From contig BEHN01000003.1 in NCBI GenBank assembly GCA_002898535.1, forward strand, positions 192,952 to 256,951: a DNA stretch of 64,000 bases, read 5' to 3'. This document shows positions 20,577 through 31,738 of this stretch, piece after piece (positions within the stretch are counted from its first letter, which is position 1; the number at the start of each line of letters is the position of its first letter). The notes beneath the pieces were generated by a model, which was not told the DNA's origin, did not search any database, and was given only the letters and a program-made list of their open reading frames with translations. The position numbers and the translations under genes are program-made. This DNA comes from a bacterium HR11 (GTDB lineage: Bacteria; Acidobacteriota; HRBIN11).

Positions 20577-22445
20577 ATGAAGAGCCGGGACGAGTACGTC
20601 CAGCAAATCCGGGCGGCCCTCCAGCGACGGGCCTTTCAGGAGGCCTTCCAAGTCGCCCAGGAGGCTCTGGAGATTTACGGCGGCGACGAGGAACTGGAGA
20701 CCCTCAGCCAGACGGCGCAGGACCGGATGGAGGCCGAGCCCTTCCTCCAGAGCTTCATGGCCAGCGGGATTTCCCTGTTCCAGAGCGGCCTGTACGCTGA
20801 CGCCCTCCGCCAGTTCGAAAAGGTCGTCGCCATCGACCCGGCCTATCCTGACGTCCAGGATTGGATTCAGAAGACGCGGGAACAATTAGGTCCGGCTCCG
20901 TCTCGGCGTCCGACGCCGCCGCCCTCGGACCCCGTCCGCCAGCTCATCCAGAAGGGCCAGGCCCTCTTCGACCAGGGTCGCTACCACGAGGCCATCCAGA
21001 CGTGGATGGACGTCTTCATGTACGACCTGACGAATGCAGAGGTCCAGGACCTCATCCAACAGGCCCAGCAGAAGATCGCTGAAGCCCGTTCCCAAAGCCA
21101 GGCTCGGGTCGAGGAAGCCCGGGCGGCCCTCCAGGCCGGTCAGCCCGACCGAGCCCGCCAGCTCCTCCTGCAGGTCCTCGGGGCCGACCCCCATCACGAG
21201 GAAGCGCGTCATTTGCTGGAATCCCTGGAGACGGCCGCCCCGGCGCCCGAAACGACGGCCGAGGCCGCCTACGGCGAACACCTGGTCGCCCAGGCTCTTC
21301 AGGCCCACCGGGAGGGCCGGTGGGAAGAGGCAGTCCGCCTGTGGCAACAGGTCCTTCAACAAGACCCCGAGAACCTGGGTGCCCAGACCAAGTACAGCGA
21401 GGCCCTCCGTCAGCTCCGCATCGAGGGCCAGTTCCACAAGCTTTTAGAAGATGCCCGGGCCTTTTGGCTTCAAAAGAAGCCCGACTCCGCCGTCCATGCC
21501 CTCCAGAAGGCCTATCGCCTTCGGCCGGATAGTCCGGAAGTCCGTCAGCTCGTCGAGGAATGGCACCTCGACCCGTCGGTCCTGGAGCCCGCGACCCCGC
21601 CCCCGGGGGTCGTGGCGAAGGCGGTCGTCCGGCCGTCGGCGCCTTCCCTCCGATGGACCCTCTGGGTCGGCCTGCTGGGTGGCCTGATAGTGCTGGCCGT
21701 CGGTGCCTTCGTCTTCCTCCGTTCTTCCGGCTCGGGTCGGCCGGTGCCCCCCGACGTCCGGGTGCGACCCGGCACCCGCCCCACGGCGTCGAAGGCCGTA
21801 CCGCCGTCAAAACCGGCGCCGCCCCCGTCGGCCGAACCGTCCTCGGCGGGGACGCCGAGCCCCGGCCCGGCACCGCCCGTCTCGACGGTCGAGCCGTCTC
21901 CGACGCCCGTCGAGTTGACGCCCGCCATGGTGCGCCGGCGGGACCAGCTCTTTCAAGAGGCCCGGCAGTTATACGCCAAGGGCGACTGGGAGCCGGCGTA
22001 TGCCAAACTCCAGGAAGCCCTCCAGATCGACCCGAACCATCCCGAGGTCCGTCGGCTGAGTGCCGAGGTCGCCGCCAAGATTCAGGAACAGAACCAGGCC
22101 ATCGCCGAACGGATGGCGGTCGTCGAGGGCTACTACCGGAGCTTCGACTTCGACGGAGCGGTCTTCGTCCTGAACAAGCTCCGGGAGGAATTCCCTCAAC
22201 GGCGAGACCTCCTGGAATTCCTGAAGCGTACGTATTACAATGCGGCGGTGTATTACCTCCGTCAGTACCGATGCGCCCTGGCGAAAGAGCGACTCGACGT
22301 GATTCCCCTGTTGGACCCCAAAGAAACCCGTTTTCAGGAACCCTATCCCCTGATCCGAAAGTGCTTGAAGGAAAACGGTCTGGCCTCCCCGGAAGACCGG
22401 GAGAGGGTGCAACAGCTCCCGTATCCCCTGCCGCTGAAGGATTGA
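20577..22445 (+). CDS. TPR-repeat protein with central TM segment and Pro-rich linker
   Basis: Repeated TPR-like 34-mers (AxxxYxxAL...DP.H...), TM WTLWVGLLGGLIVLAVGAFVFL, PAPPPS-rich spacer. Confidence 0.65.
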   Translation: MKSRDEYVQQIRAALQRRAFQEAFQVAQEALEIYGGDEELETLSQTAQDRMEAEPFLQSFMASGISLFQSGLYADALRQFEKVVAIDPAYPDVQDWIQKTREQLGPAPSRRPTPPPSDPVRQLIQKGQALFDQGRYHEAIQTWMDVFMYDLTNAEVQDLIQQAQQKIAEARSQSQARVEEARAALQAGQPDRARQLLLQVLGADPHHEEARHLLESLETAAPAPETTAEAAYGEHLVAQALQAHREGRWEEAVRLWQQVLQQDPENLGAQTKYSEALRQLRIEGQFHKLLEDARAFWLQKKPDSAVHALQKAYRLRPDSPEVRQLVEEWHLDPSVLEPATPPPGVVAKAVVRPSAPSLRWTLWVGLLGGLIVLAVGAFVFLRSSGSGRPVPPDVRVRPGTRPTASKAVPPSKPAPPPSAEPSSAGTPSPGPAPPVSTVEPSPTPVELTPAMVRRRDQLFQEARQLYAKGDWEPAYAKLQEALQIDPNHPEVRRLSAEVAAKIQEQNQAIAERMAVVEGYYRSFDFDGAVFVLNKLREEFPQRRDLLEFLKRTYYNAAVYYLRQYRCALAKERLDVIPLLDPKETRFQEPYPLIRKCLKENGLASPEDRERVQQLPYPLPLKD

Positions 22446-23092
22446 AACAGCGGCCCGTCATACGCTGTCCGCAGTGCTACGCCATCAACCGGCCGGAAGC
22501 CGCACGGTGCTTCCGCTGTGGCCGTCCCCTCGCCGGTTCGCCGATCGGGACGGCCGATACGCCCGCTTGGCTCTGGCACGAAAAGGCCGACTTATTGGAG
22601 CGTCTTCGGCGCGCAGGGGCTGAATGGCCGCCCTGGGTCCTGTGGGCCCGACGGGTCCTCGCGGCCGCCGTGGACCAATTGCTGGTCGCCGGGGTCTTCG
22701 GGTTGATCATGCTGGCGGCGGTCTTCCTGACGGACTTCCCCGTCGCCTCGGGCTGGCGGCGCCTATCGTTTCGCGTCCAGACGGGCCTCATTTTCCTGCT
22801 CCTCCACTTCCTGTACACTTTCGTCTTCCAGGTATTCCTTTCGGCTACGCCGGGCTACTGGATGATGGGCTTGGCCCTCGTACCGGCCGTAGGACCTCAT
22901 CTGTGGCTGTCGCCCGGGCGCGTAGCCGCTCGCTGGCTCGGCCTATGGGTCCTGACGGCCCTCGGGGGACTCGGCCTCTGGTGGTCCTTGCTGGACCGGC
23001 GACACTGGTTCCTCCATGACCGCCTGGCCGGTACCCGGCCGATCTCGCAGGCCGAGTACCAGCTCCGATGGGACCTCCTCCTGAAGGAGTGA
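22442..23092 (+). CDS. Zinc-ribbon plus RDD-family membrane protein (start uncertain; TTG overlapping the upstream stop)
   Basis: CPQCYAINRPEAARCFRCG zinc ribbon, then three TM helices typical of RDD proteins. Confidence 0.45.
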   Translation: MKQRPVIRCPQCYAINRPEAARCFRCGRPLAGSPIGTADTPAWLWHEKADLLERLRRAGAEWPPWVLWARRVLAAAVDQLLVAGVFGLIMLAAVFLTDFPVASGWRRLSFRVQTGLIFLLLHFLYTFVFQVFLSATPGYWMMGLALVPAVGPHLWLSPGRVAARWLGLWVLTALGGLGLWWSLLDRRHWFLHDRLAGTRPISQAEYQLRWDLLLKE

Positions 23093-23112
23093 GTCGGATT
23101 GCGTGTACAAGC

Positions 23113-23231
23113 GATCTCATATAAATCCGACCATAGACCCCAGACCATAGACCGGCTGGGGCCCAGGGGGTCGAGGGTCCATGGTCTGGGGTCGGATGTC
23201 GAGGGTCCGGTCCCGTCGGATTTATAAGACC
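23113..23231. mobile_element. Family-2 MITE-like element: TIR TCTCATATAAATCCGAC...GTCGGATTTATAAGA flanking (GGTCTAT/GGACCAT)n heptamers
   Basis: Near-identical architecture at 43319-43433 and 49289-49410. Confidence 0.55.
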
Positions 23232-23244
23232 GGTTCCAGAGGCC

Positions 23245-24471
23245 ATGCGACGCTTGCCCGTGGGAGTCGTCGTGTTCGTCATCGTCGCCGGGAGGGGATT
23301 CCCCGCCGGGGCCGGGATCGACGTCCTGCCCTGGTCGGCCATGTCGCTCCTGCCGATGGTCGGTCAGGACGGGGACCTCGGGGGGCGTTGGACGTCGGTC
23401 GCCTTCGCCGTCTCACCCCTCGGGACCACGGCCAATCCGGCCGTCCTGCTGAGTCGGCCCGGCGCTCGGACTGAGCTTCGATACCGCGTCGGCTACGCCG
23501 TCCCACGCACGGGCGAGCGTCTCGACCGGGATACGACCCAGGGCCTGGAAGCGTGGGCCCTCGCCCTCGGCGGGATGGGGAGCGGCTTGGCCCTGTTTTA
23601 CCACCGCCCCCTGGACGATGAAACGGTCCGCGTCCGTCCTGAGGGCCTCGGACCGGTCGGCCGCCTCTGGGCGGAGCAAACCGACGTCCGGGTCCGGTGG
23701 TCCGAGTGGGGCCTGGGCCTGGCCGTCCGCCTGGAGGCGGACTTCGTCGTCGGCGTCAGCGCCGCTCGAAGCACGCTCTCGGCGACCGGCGAGACCCGGA
23801 TGACGGCGGCCCGGCCGACGGACGCCCGCCGATGGCGCCTCCGGCAGGACGCCCGGGACCGGGCCTGGCACTGGGTCCTGGGCGCTCAATGGGCCGTCGA
23901 GCCTCACGTCGTCGTGGGCATCGCCTATCACTGGCTTCCGGCCTTTACCCTGCCCGTCGAGGTCGAGACGACGGAGCCGGACGGTTCGGCCCGGACCGAG
24001 ACGGCCGACCTCCGAGTCGCCTTTCCCAACGCCCTGACCCTGGGCCTCCACGTCGTTCAGGGCCGCTGGAACGTCGCCGTCGAGGGCTGGCGCTGGAAGA
24101 CCGGCCGTCTCAACGAGGGCCCCGACCTGTACCTCCAGTTGGGAGCTTCGGAGCGGCTCGTCTACGACACCCGCTGGGACTGGCGGGTGAGCGTCGCTTA
24201 CGACGCTCTGTGGCGAAAGCTCCGGGTCGTCCCCCAGGTCGGCCTGTGGTACCGGCCGGCCCTGCGACCCGTCTGGACGGGTCCCGACGAGGCCCCCCTG
24301 CGGGAGCTCTTTCGGTCCGTATGGCCGCTCGACCGGGCCCGGTGGCACGGGACGGCCGGCCTGACGCTCCGTCGGGGCGCTCTGAGCCTCTCGGTGGCCT
24401 ATGTCCACGGTCCTTACGTCCGGGACCTCCGCATCGCTGTATCATCGGCCTTTTCACAGGGAGGACCATAG
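23245..24471 (+). CDS. Hypothetical outer-membrane beta-barrel protein
   Basis: Signal-like N-terminus, alternating hydrophobic amphipathic strands rich in W/Y/R, no catalytic motifs. Confidence 0.4.
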   Translation: MRRLPVGVVVFVIVAGRGFPAGAGIDVLPWSAMSLLPMVGQDGDLGGRWTSVAFAVSPLGTTANPAVLLSRPGARTELRYRVGYAVPRTGERLDRDTTQGLEAWALALGGMGSGLALFYHRPLDDETVRVRPEGLGPVGRLWAEQTDVRVRWSEWGLGLAVRLEADFVVGVSAARSTLSATGETRMTAARPTDARRWRLRQDARDRAWHWVLGAQWAVEPHVVVGIAYHWLPAFTLPVEVETTEPDGSARTETADLRVAFPNALTLGLHVVQGRWNVAVEGWRWKTGRLNEGPDLYLQLGASERLVYDTRWDWRVSVAYDALWRKLRVVPQVGLWYRPALRPVWTGPDEAPLRELFRSVWPLDRARWHGTAGLTLRRGALSLSVAYVHGPYVRDLRIAVSSAFSQGGP

Positions 24472-24679
24472 ACCATGGACCATGGACCTTGGACTGAGGA
24501 CGGCATTTTCGGCATCCAGCGGATGGGGGGGACGCCGTCCTCTTCCCAGGGTCGGTTAGGCCGAGGCCATCCAGAAGCTCACGGACCGAAGGGCTATGCT
24601 CAACCGCCTACAACCGGTCTGCAGCCTAAGGTCCATGGTCCGTACACTTTTCACTTCCCGGACAGTTCTGCTATGTTAG

Positions 24680-25657
<978 letters not shown>

Positions 25658-25918
25658 GGCCATCCTGGGGGTCGGGCCCAGGAGATCCACACCCGTCCAC
25701 CACGACGCCCACGCCAGCCGCAATCGGATTCGGGCCTTCCAGCCCCGTGTGCGCTCGATCCTGGCGGCGATGGGGCCCTGTGCTTTGGATACGCCCGGGT
25801 CGGGGACGTCGCCGTGGCCCGGCCCGAGAAGGCGCTCTTGGACGAATTCTGGGCGGCCGAGCGGCTGGGCGTCGCCGTCCTGCGCGTCGCGGCGGCCTAT
25901 ACCTCCGCCGTCGGCCAC

Positions 25919-25989
25919 TTGGAAACATCGTGCTTCCCAGGGGATGGGCAAGGTCGTTCCGACGCCATTCTCACGAACCGAAGGGCTCT
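25919..25989 (-). repeat. Family-1 element (inverted orientation)
   Basis: gaaacatcgtgcttccc...ttctcacgaaccgaagggctctg. Confidence 0.55.
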
Positions 25990-26094
25990 GATAATTTCTA
26001 AGGCCTCTCTATCCTGACCCCGAACCCCTATTTCCACAGTCTTTCCACACGTTTTCCACATCTTGGGGGTCTTTTTTCAAAGAACCCCAATATC

Positions 26095-26123
26095 TTGACA
26101 CGTGGGTCTTTCAAGGGTATAAT
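26095..26123 (+). promoter_or_regulatory. Consensus sigma-70 promoter of nrdJ (TTGACA-17-TATAAT)
   Basis: ttgaca 26095-26100, 17-nt spacer cgtgggtctttcaaggg, tataat 26118-26123; about 150-nt leader to ATG 26279. Confidence 0.55.
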
Positions 26124-26278
26124 GGGGTCCGTCGGGTTGGGACGATGAACATGACCCATGAGTTTGGGGATATAAGATTTGGTGGCGAGGCGATAGGTCA
26201 CCATCCCTGCGGGTGGTGAATAGCGAGGGGTGATCCTGCGGAGCGATTCGCCACCCGCCATTATAGGAGGAGGGTCCT

Positions 26279-29200
26279 ATGAAGGACATGGAGGGCGTTG
26301 TCGTTTCCCGTGGCAACGGGACGGGTGGGGGCGTGGAGGAACGTCCGTGGGTCCCGGAGGTACCGGTGCCGGCGGACCTCTCTCGCCGGGAGCCCCTAAT
26401 TCGACGGTTTTATACCCAGCCGGGGCAGGACCCCTTTGAGACCGTCGAGTACGAGCTTCGGACGGTCCGGATCATGGACCCTGACGGAAAGGTCGTCTTC
26501 GAGATGAACGACGTCGAGGTCCCCAAGACGTGGTCCCAGTTGGCGACAGACATCGTGGCGTCCAAGTACTTCCGCAAGGCCGGCGTGCCCGGCCGGGGGC
26601 ACGAGTGGAGCGTCCGGCAGGTCATCCGGCGGGTCGTCCACACGATTCGTCTCGCCGGGGAGGAGCAGGGCGGTTACTTTGCGACGCCCGAGGAGGCCCA
26701 GGCCTTTGAGGACGAGCTGACATACATGCTTTTGCATCAGATCGGGGCCTTCAACTCGCCCGTCTGGTTCAACTGCGGTCTATGGCACGCCTATCGCATC
26801 GACGGGAGCGGGGGGAACTGGTACTGGAACGGGCGCACGAACCAGGTCGAGATGACCCAGACGGCTTACGAGCATCCCCAGTGTTCGGCCTGCTTCATCC
26901 AGTCCGTCGAAGACGACCTCATGTCCATTTTCGAGCTCGTCAAGAACGAGGCCCGTGTTTTTAAATATGGGTCCGGCACAGGGACTAATTATTCTAGAAT
27001 AAGAGGGCATATGGAAAAGCTGTCGGGCGGGGGGACGTCCTCGGGGCTGATGTCCTTCCTCGAAGTCTTCGACCGGGCCGCCGGTGCCACCAAGTCGGGC
27101 GGGACGACCCGCCGGGCCGCCAAGATGGTCATCCTCGACGTCGACCACCCCGAGATCGAGGACTTCATCCTCTGGAAGGTCCGGGAAGAAGAAAAGGCCT
27201 GGGCCCTCATTCGGGCCGGCTACCCGGCCGACTTCAACGGCGAGGCCTACCGGACCGTCTCGGGTCAGAATTCGAACAACTCCGTCCGGATCCCCGACGA
27301 GTTCATGCACGCCTACCTCAACGACGGGACGTGGTCGACCCGCCTCCGGACGACGGGCGAGGTCTGGAAGACCTACCGGGCCCGGGACCTCATGCGGATG
27401 ATCGCCTATGCGGCCTGGCGGTGCGCCGACCCCGGCGTCCAGTTTGACACGACCATCAACCGATGGAACCCCTGTCCGAACACGGGTCGCATCAACGCCA
27501 CGAATCCCTGCAGTGAGTTCATCTTCCTGGACGACACGGCCTGCAACCTGGCGTCGTTGAACCTGACGAAGTTTCTCCGGGACGACGGGACCTTCGACGT
27601 CGAGGCCTACCGGCACGCCATCCGGGTCTTCTTCCTGGCCCAGGAGATCCTCGTCGACTTTTCGTCGTACCCGACCCGGAAGATCGCCGAGAACAGTCAC
27701 CGCCTCCGACCCCTCGGCCTCGGCTATGCGAACCTCGGGACGCTCCTGATGCTCCTGGGAATTCCTTACGACAGTGACGAGGCCCGGGCCTGGGCCGGCG
27801 CCCTGACGGCCATCCTCACAGGTGAGGCCTACACCATGTCGGCCCGGATGGCCGCCCGTAAGGGCCCCTTTGAGGAGTTTTACAAGAACCGAGAGCCCTT
27901 CCTGCGGGTCATCCAGATGCACCGCCAGGCGGCTTACGGCATCGACCCGACGAAGGCCCCGGCGGACCTCGTCGAGGAAGCCCGCCGGGCGTGGGACACG
28001 GCCCTCGAGCTGGGTCGGGTCTACGGCTACCGCAACGCCCAGGCGACGGTCCTCGCTCCGACAGGCACGATCGGGTTACTCCTCGATTGTGACACGACGG
28101 GCATCGAACCGGACTTTGCCCTCGTCAAGTTCAAGAAGTTGGCCGGCGGCGGTTCCTTCAAGATCGTCAATCGGGCCGTCCCCGAGGCCCTTCGGCGGCT
28201 GGGTTATACGGAGGCCCAGGTCCAGGACATGCTGAAGTACCTCCTGGGCCACCTGACCTTCGAGGGAGCGCCCCACATCAACCGGGAGACGCTTCGGGCC
28301 AAAGGCTTCACCGACGAGGAGATCGCCCAACTTGAGGCCCGGCTCCCCCAGGTCCTGGACTTAGACGGCCTGTTCGTGCCCGGCATCGTCCCGGAGGCGA
28401 CGCTCCAGCGGCTGGGCTTTACGCCTGAGCAGTATCGGGCCCCCGGCTTTCGGCTCCTCGGGGCCCTCGGATGGACGCCTCACCAGATCCAGGAGGCCAA
28501 CGACTGGATCTGCGGCCGCCAGACCCTGGAGGGCGCCCCTCACCTGCGGCCCGAGCACCTGCCCGTCTTCGACTGCGCCAACAAGTGCGGCCCTTACGGC
28601 CAGCGGTACATCGAGCCGATGGGCCACGTCCGTATGCTGGCGGCCGTCCAGCCGTTCCTAAGTGGTGGAATCAGTAAGACGGTCAACCTGCCCAACGAGG
28701 CGACCGTCGAGGACATCGAGCGGATCTACGTCGAGGCCTGGCGGATGGGCATCAAGTGTATCTCCGTCTACCGAGACGGCTGTAAGGCCTCCCAGCCCCT
28801 GAACACGGGCCGCAAGGCCGAGGAGCCGGCCCCGGCCCGAACCGAAGTCCCGGCGGCCTCGACGCCCCAGGTCGAGGTCCCGACGTCGGAGTTCCCCCGC
28901 CTTCAGCGTCGGCGACTTCCGAAGAAGCGGTACGGCTTCACCCAGGAAGCCCGCGTGGCCGGCCAGAAGATCTACCTCCGGACGGGCGAATACGAAGACG
29001 GGACGCTCGGCGAAATCTTCATCGACATGCACAAGGAGGGCGCCGCCTTCCGGAGCATGCTGAACTGCTTCGCCATCGCCATCTCCCTGGGTCTCCAGTA
29101 CGGCGTCCCCCTCGAAGAGTTCGTCGACGCCTTCGTCTTCACGCGGTTCGAGCCCCAGGGCCCCGTCGAGGGCCATCCCCACGTGAAGTTCGCCACGTCG

Positions 29201-29527
29201 ATCATCGATTACATCTTTCGGGTCCTCGGCATCGAGTACCTCAAGCGGTACGACCTGGCCCACGTCCCGCCCGAGGAGGCCTTCAAGGAAGACTTGGGCG
29301 CCCGGTCCCCGGACCTCGAAGAAGAAGCCTCAAAAGAGACGTCCCCCTCGACGGGAGGCGTCTCAAAGGCTGGTCCGAGCGCGGCCGTCCATGGGGCCGC
29401 CATCAGCCAGCAGGCCCGGTCCTTCATGATGGACGCCCCGGCCTGCGACAAGTGCGGCCACATCACGGTCCGGAACGGTTCTTGCTACCGATGTCTGAAC
29501 TGCGGGAACTCGATGGGATGCTCATGA
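26279..29527 (+). CDS. nrdJ: Adenosylcobalamin-dependent (class II) ribonucleoside-diphosphate/triphosphate reductase
   Basis: NPCSEFIFLDDTACNLASLNL active-site region and C-terminal Cys-rich zinc ribbon CDKCGH...CYRCLNCGNSMGC; GGAGGAGGG before the ATG. Confidence 0.9.
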   Translation: MKDMEGVVVSRGNGTGGGVEERPWVPEVPVPADLSRREPLIRRFYTQPGQDPFETVEYELRTVRIMDPDGKVVFEMNDVEVPKTWSQLATDIVASKYFRKAGVPGRGHEWSVRQVIRRVVHTIRLAGEEQGGYFATPEEAQAFEDELTYMLLHQIGAFNSPVWFNCGLWHAYRIDGSGGNWYWNGRTNQVEMTQTAYEHPQCSACFIQSVEDDLMSIFELVKNEARVFKYGSGTGTNYSRIRGHMEKLSGGGTSSGLMSFLEVFDRAAGATKSGGTTRRAAKMVILDVDHPEIEDFILWKVREEEKAWALIRAGYPADFNGEAYRTVSGQNSNNSVRIPDEFMHAYLNDGTWSTRLRTTGEVWKTYRARDLMRMIAYAAWRCADPGVQFDTTINRWNPCPNTGRINATNPCSEFIFLDDTACNLASLNLTKFLRDDGTFDVEAYRHAIRVFFLAQEILVDFSSYPTRKIAENSHRLRPLGLGYANLGTLLMLLGIPYDSDEARAWAGALTAILTGEAYTMSARMAARKGPFEEFYKNREPFLRVIQMHRQAAYGIDPTKAPADLVEEARRAWDTALELGRVYGYRNAQATVLAPTGTIGLLLDCDTTGIEPDFALVKFKKLAGGGSFKIVNRAVPEALRRLGYTEAQVQDMLKYLLGHLTFEGAPHINRETLRAKGFTDEEIAQLEARLPQVLDLDGLFVPGIVPEATLQRLGFTPEQYRAPGFRLLGALGWTPHQIQEANDWICGRQTLEGAPHLRPEHLPVFDCANKCGPYGQRYIEPMGHVRMLAAVQPFLSGGISKTVNLPNEATVEDIERIYVEAWRMGIKCISVYRDGCKASQPLNTGRKAEEPAPARTEVPAASTPQVEVPTSEFPRLQRRRLPKKRYGFTQEARVAGQKIYLRTGEYEDGTLGEIFIDMHKEGAAFRSMLNCFAIAISLGLQYGVPLEEFVDAFVFTRFEPQGPVEGHPHVKFATSIIDYIFRVLGIEYLKRYDLAHVPPEEAFKEDLGARSPDLEEEASKETSPSTGGVSKAGPSAAVHGAAISQQARSFMMDAPACDKCGHITVRNGSCYRCLNCGNSMGCS

Positions 29528-29539
29528 GGACCACGAGAT

Positions 29540-29597
29540 GCAAACCCGATGTGTGGGTTTTGCGACGCCCGCATGACTGCGGGCGCTCGGTGTTTTC
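29540..29597 (+). terminator. Putative intrinsic terminator(s) after nrdJ
   Basis: Hairpin gcaaacccgatgtgtgggttttgc, then gcccgca-tgac-tgcgggc followed by gctcggTGTTTT. Confidence 0.35.
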
Positions 29598-30100
29598 CGA
29601 CGCCGCCATGACGGACGGCGCCAGGATGGAAGACGCCGGGATGACGCCCGGCGTCCCGCAGATCCTCTTACGGACGGTACGACCTTGGGCCCCAGCGCCC
29701 GGGACCTGCCTCTACCGCCCTCATTCACACCCGCTTCGCCACCCCCCTGAAGCCCCCTGACGGGTGGGCCCGCTTCTCTTCCCCCGGGCGGGCCCGCTCC
29801 TCTTCCTTTCCGGCCGTTCGGGAGTTCGGCAGTTCGGGAATTCGGGAGTTTGGGAATTTGGGCTTGACCCAGGTGGCGGCCCGCGTTCTCTGGGTGTATA
29901 CATATTGCACGATGTATGGTTTTAAGCCAGGCCGACCCGAGGAAGGTCGGGTAATCCCCGGCGTTTTGGTTTGGCATAGGAATTGTATACAGACCCCGCT
30001 ACGTATTGGATAGGCCCCGTATCCCTCCCCTCCGTCGTACGCCGGACCGAGGTACCGACTCGCATCGACTTCATGGGCAGTCCTTCTATATTCCAGGAGG

Positions 30101-31474
30101 TTGGACATGCGACGTTGGATAGGCGTCACCCTCATGGTCTTGGGGCTTGTCCCCTGGATGACGGGGTGCCAGTCAGCCCGACAGGTCGCCCTGCCGGATA
30201 ACGGGCCGACGACGGGCTTGGTCACCTTGAAAGGTCAGATTCTGCAGTGGGTCAACGAACAGGGCCAGTCCCTGGTCCCTTCGGGATCGGTGACGGTCCG
30301 AGAGACCCAAACGCAATCGAACATTAACCCCGACGGCTCCTTTCGTCTTCCCCTGCCCCAGACGGGGACGTTTCATCTGGTCTTCCGTCACACGCGGGGC
30401 TCGGAGGCCGAAGTCGAGGTGCAGGTCGAGGACTCCGGCGAGGTCGAGGTCCGCATCATGATCCAGGGCCGGGTCGGCGATCTGGTCGAAAAGATCCACA
30501 TCCACAACGGCAAGGCCGACCTCATGGGGAGGGTCGCGAACCCGAGCACCGGCCCGAATCAATTCACGCTCCAGGTGTTCGATCAGACCTATACGATCCA
30601 GTACGACAGTAGCACGAACTGGATCAACACGAGTCCGGCTCAGTTGAAGCCCGGCGACCCCCTGGAGGTGAAGGGTCAGTATACCGGGAATTCCACGGTG
30701 CTGGCCCGAAAGATTCGACTCCATGCCCCGCAGGGCCCGAAGCCGCCGGAATTTGAGGCGAAGGGGACGGTGGCGGGTCTCAGCGGGAATCCCTGCGGCG
30801 GTTCAGCTTCCTTCACCCTTCAGGTTCAGGGGGGCGGGTCGGTGACGATCCTGGTCGACGTACAAACCCGTTTTGAGCGGGGCACGTGCGCGAACCTGGT
30901 GGACGGGGCGTTCGTCGAAGTTAAGTCCCGACGGCCGGCGACCGGCGGCGGCTGGATTGCCGATGAAATCCAGTTTGAGCGTCAGGAAGCCGAGTTTGAG
31001 GCGAAGGGGACGGTGTCGAATCTCACCGGGAATCCGTGTGCCGGCTCTGCTTCCTTTATCCTTCAGGTTCAGGGGGGCGGGTCGGTGACGATCCTGGTCG
31101 ATGCCCAGACGCGGTTTAAGAAGGGGTCCTGCGGGAATCTGGTCAATGGGGCCTTCGTGGAGGTCAAGTCCCGGCGGCCGGCGGCGAATCCGCCGGGGGC
31201 GTGGATCGCCGACGAGATCGAGTTTGAGGGGCAGGAAGCCGAGTTTGAGGCGAAGGGGACGGTGACGAATGCGGCGGTAACCTGCAGTCCGACGCCGTCG
31301 GGGTCGTTCGTGTTGAATCATAACGGGGGTTCGACGACGATCCTGGTCGATGCCCAGACCCGCTTTGAGGACGGCACGTGTGCGAACTTGCAAAATGGGG
31401 TTCGTGTCGAGGTCAAGTCCCGGCGGCCTCAGAACGGCGCCTGGATCGCCGACAAGATTGAATTTGAAGACTAA
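30101..31474 (+). CDS. Lipoprotein with four DUF5666-like ~85-aa repeats
   Basis: Lipobox LVPWMTGC; repeats EFEAKGTV..GNPC.GSASF.LQVQGGGSVTILVD.QTRF..G.C.NL..GAFVEVKSRRP, copies 2 and 3 nearly identical at DNA level; AGGAGGT before the ATG. Confidence 0.65.
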   Translation: MDMRRWIGVTLMVLGLVPWMTGCQSARQVALPDNGPTTGLVTLKGQILQWVNEQGQSLVPSGSVTVRETQTQSNINPDGSFRLPLPQTGTFHLVFRHTRGSEAEVEVQVEDSGEVEVRIMIQGRVGDLVEKIHIHNGKADLMGRVANPSTGPNQFTLQVFDQTYTIQYDSSTNWINTSPAQLKPGDPLEVKGQYTGNSTVLARKIRLHAPQGPKPPEFEAKGTVAGLSGNPCGGSASFTLQVQGGGSVTILVDVQTRFERGTCANLVDGAFVEVKSRRPATGGGWIADEIQFERQEAEFEAKGTVSNLTGNPCAGSASFILQVQGGGSVTILVDAQTRFKKGSCGNLVNGAFVEVKSRRPAANPPGAWIADEIEFEGQEAEFEAKGTVTNAAVTCSPTPSGSFVLNHNGGSTTILVDAQTRFEDGTCANLQNGVRVEVKSRRPQNGAWIADKIEFED

Positions 31475-31528
31475 CGGGGGGCCCGGCCAGGGCACCACCC
31501 GTGACGACTGCCGGACGGCTGGTGTTCG

Positions 31529-31558
31529 GTAGGGGCGGGTTTGGAATCCCGCCCCTAC
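31529..31558. terminator. Perfect 11-bp-stem hairpin after the lipoprotein gene
   Basis: gtaggggcggg-tttggaat-cccgcccctac; no T-run. Confidence 0.3.
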
Positions 31559-31738
31559 GGACGCCGCCGTCATCGGTGGTGTGAGGAGACGGGAGCTCGG
31601 GACCCCGCCGGATATTGAGTCGGGGTGACCTATGTGTCGCCCTACCCAATAGGGCCATACGTGATGGGCTATGAGCCCATCTTCATCCCCCATCCCGCCT
31701 CACGGGGTAACCCCAAGGGTTGTCCCCTACCTCCCTAT

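Noticed and set aside
25814-26017. 67-aa ORF MARPEKALLDEFWAAERLG...
   Set aside because: Its C-terminal half is translation of a family-1 repeat and there is no RBS; likely non-coding.
26130-26278. Cobalamin riboswitch or NrdR box ahead of nrdJ
   Set aside because: No B12-box (GCCACUG) in proper context and no 16-bp NrdR palindromes; a structured leader is retained only as a low-confidence finding.
31529-31558. tRNA-like T-arm (GGGTTTGGAATCCCG)
   Set aside because: No acceptor stem, D-arm or anticodon arm can be drawn and the loop is 8 nt; better explained as a terminator hairpin. No tRNA or rRNA genes found anywhere in the window.
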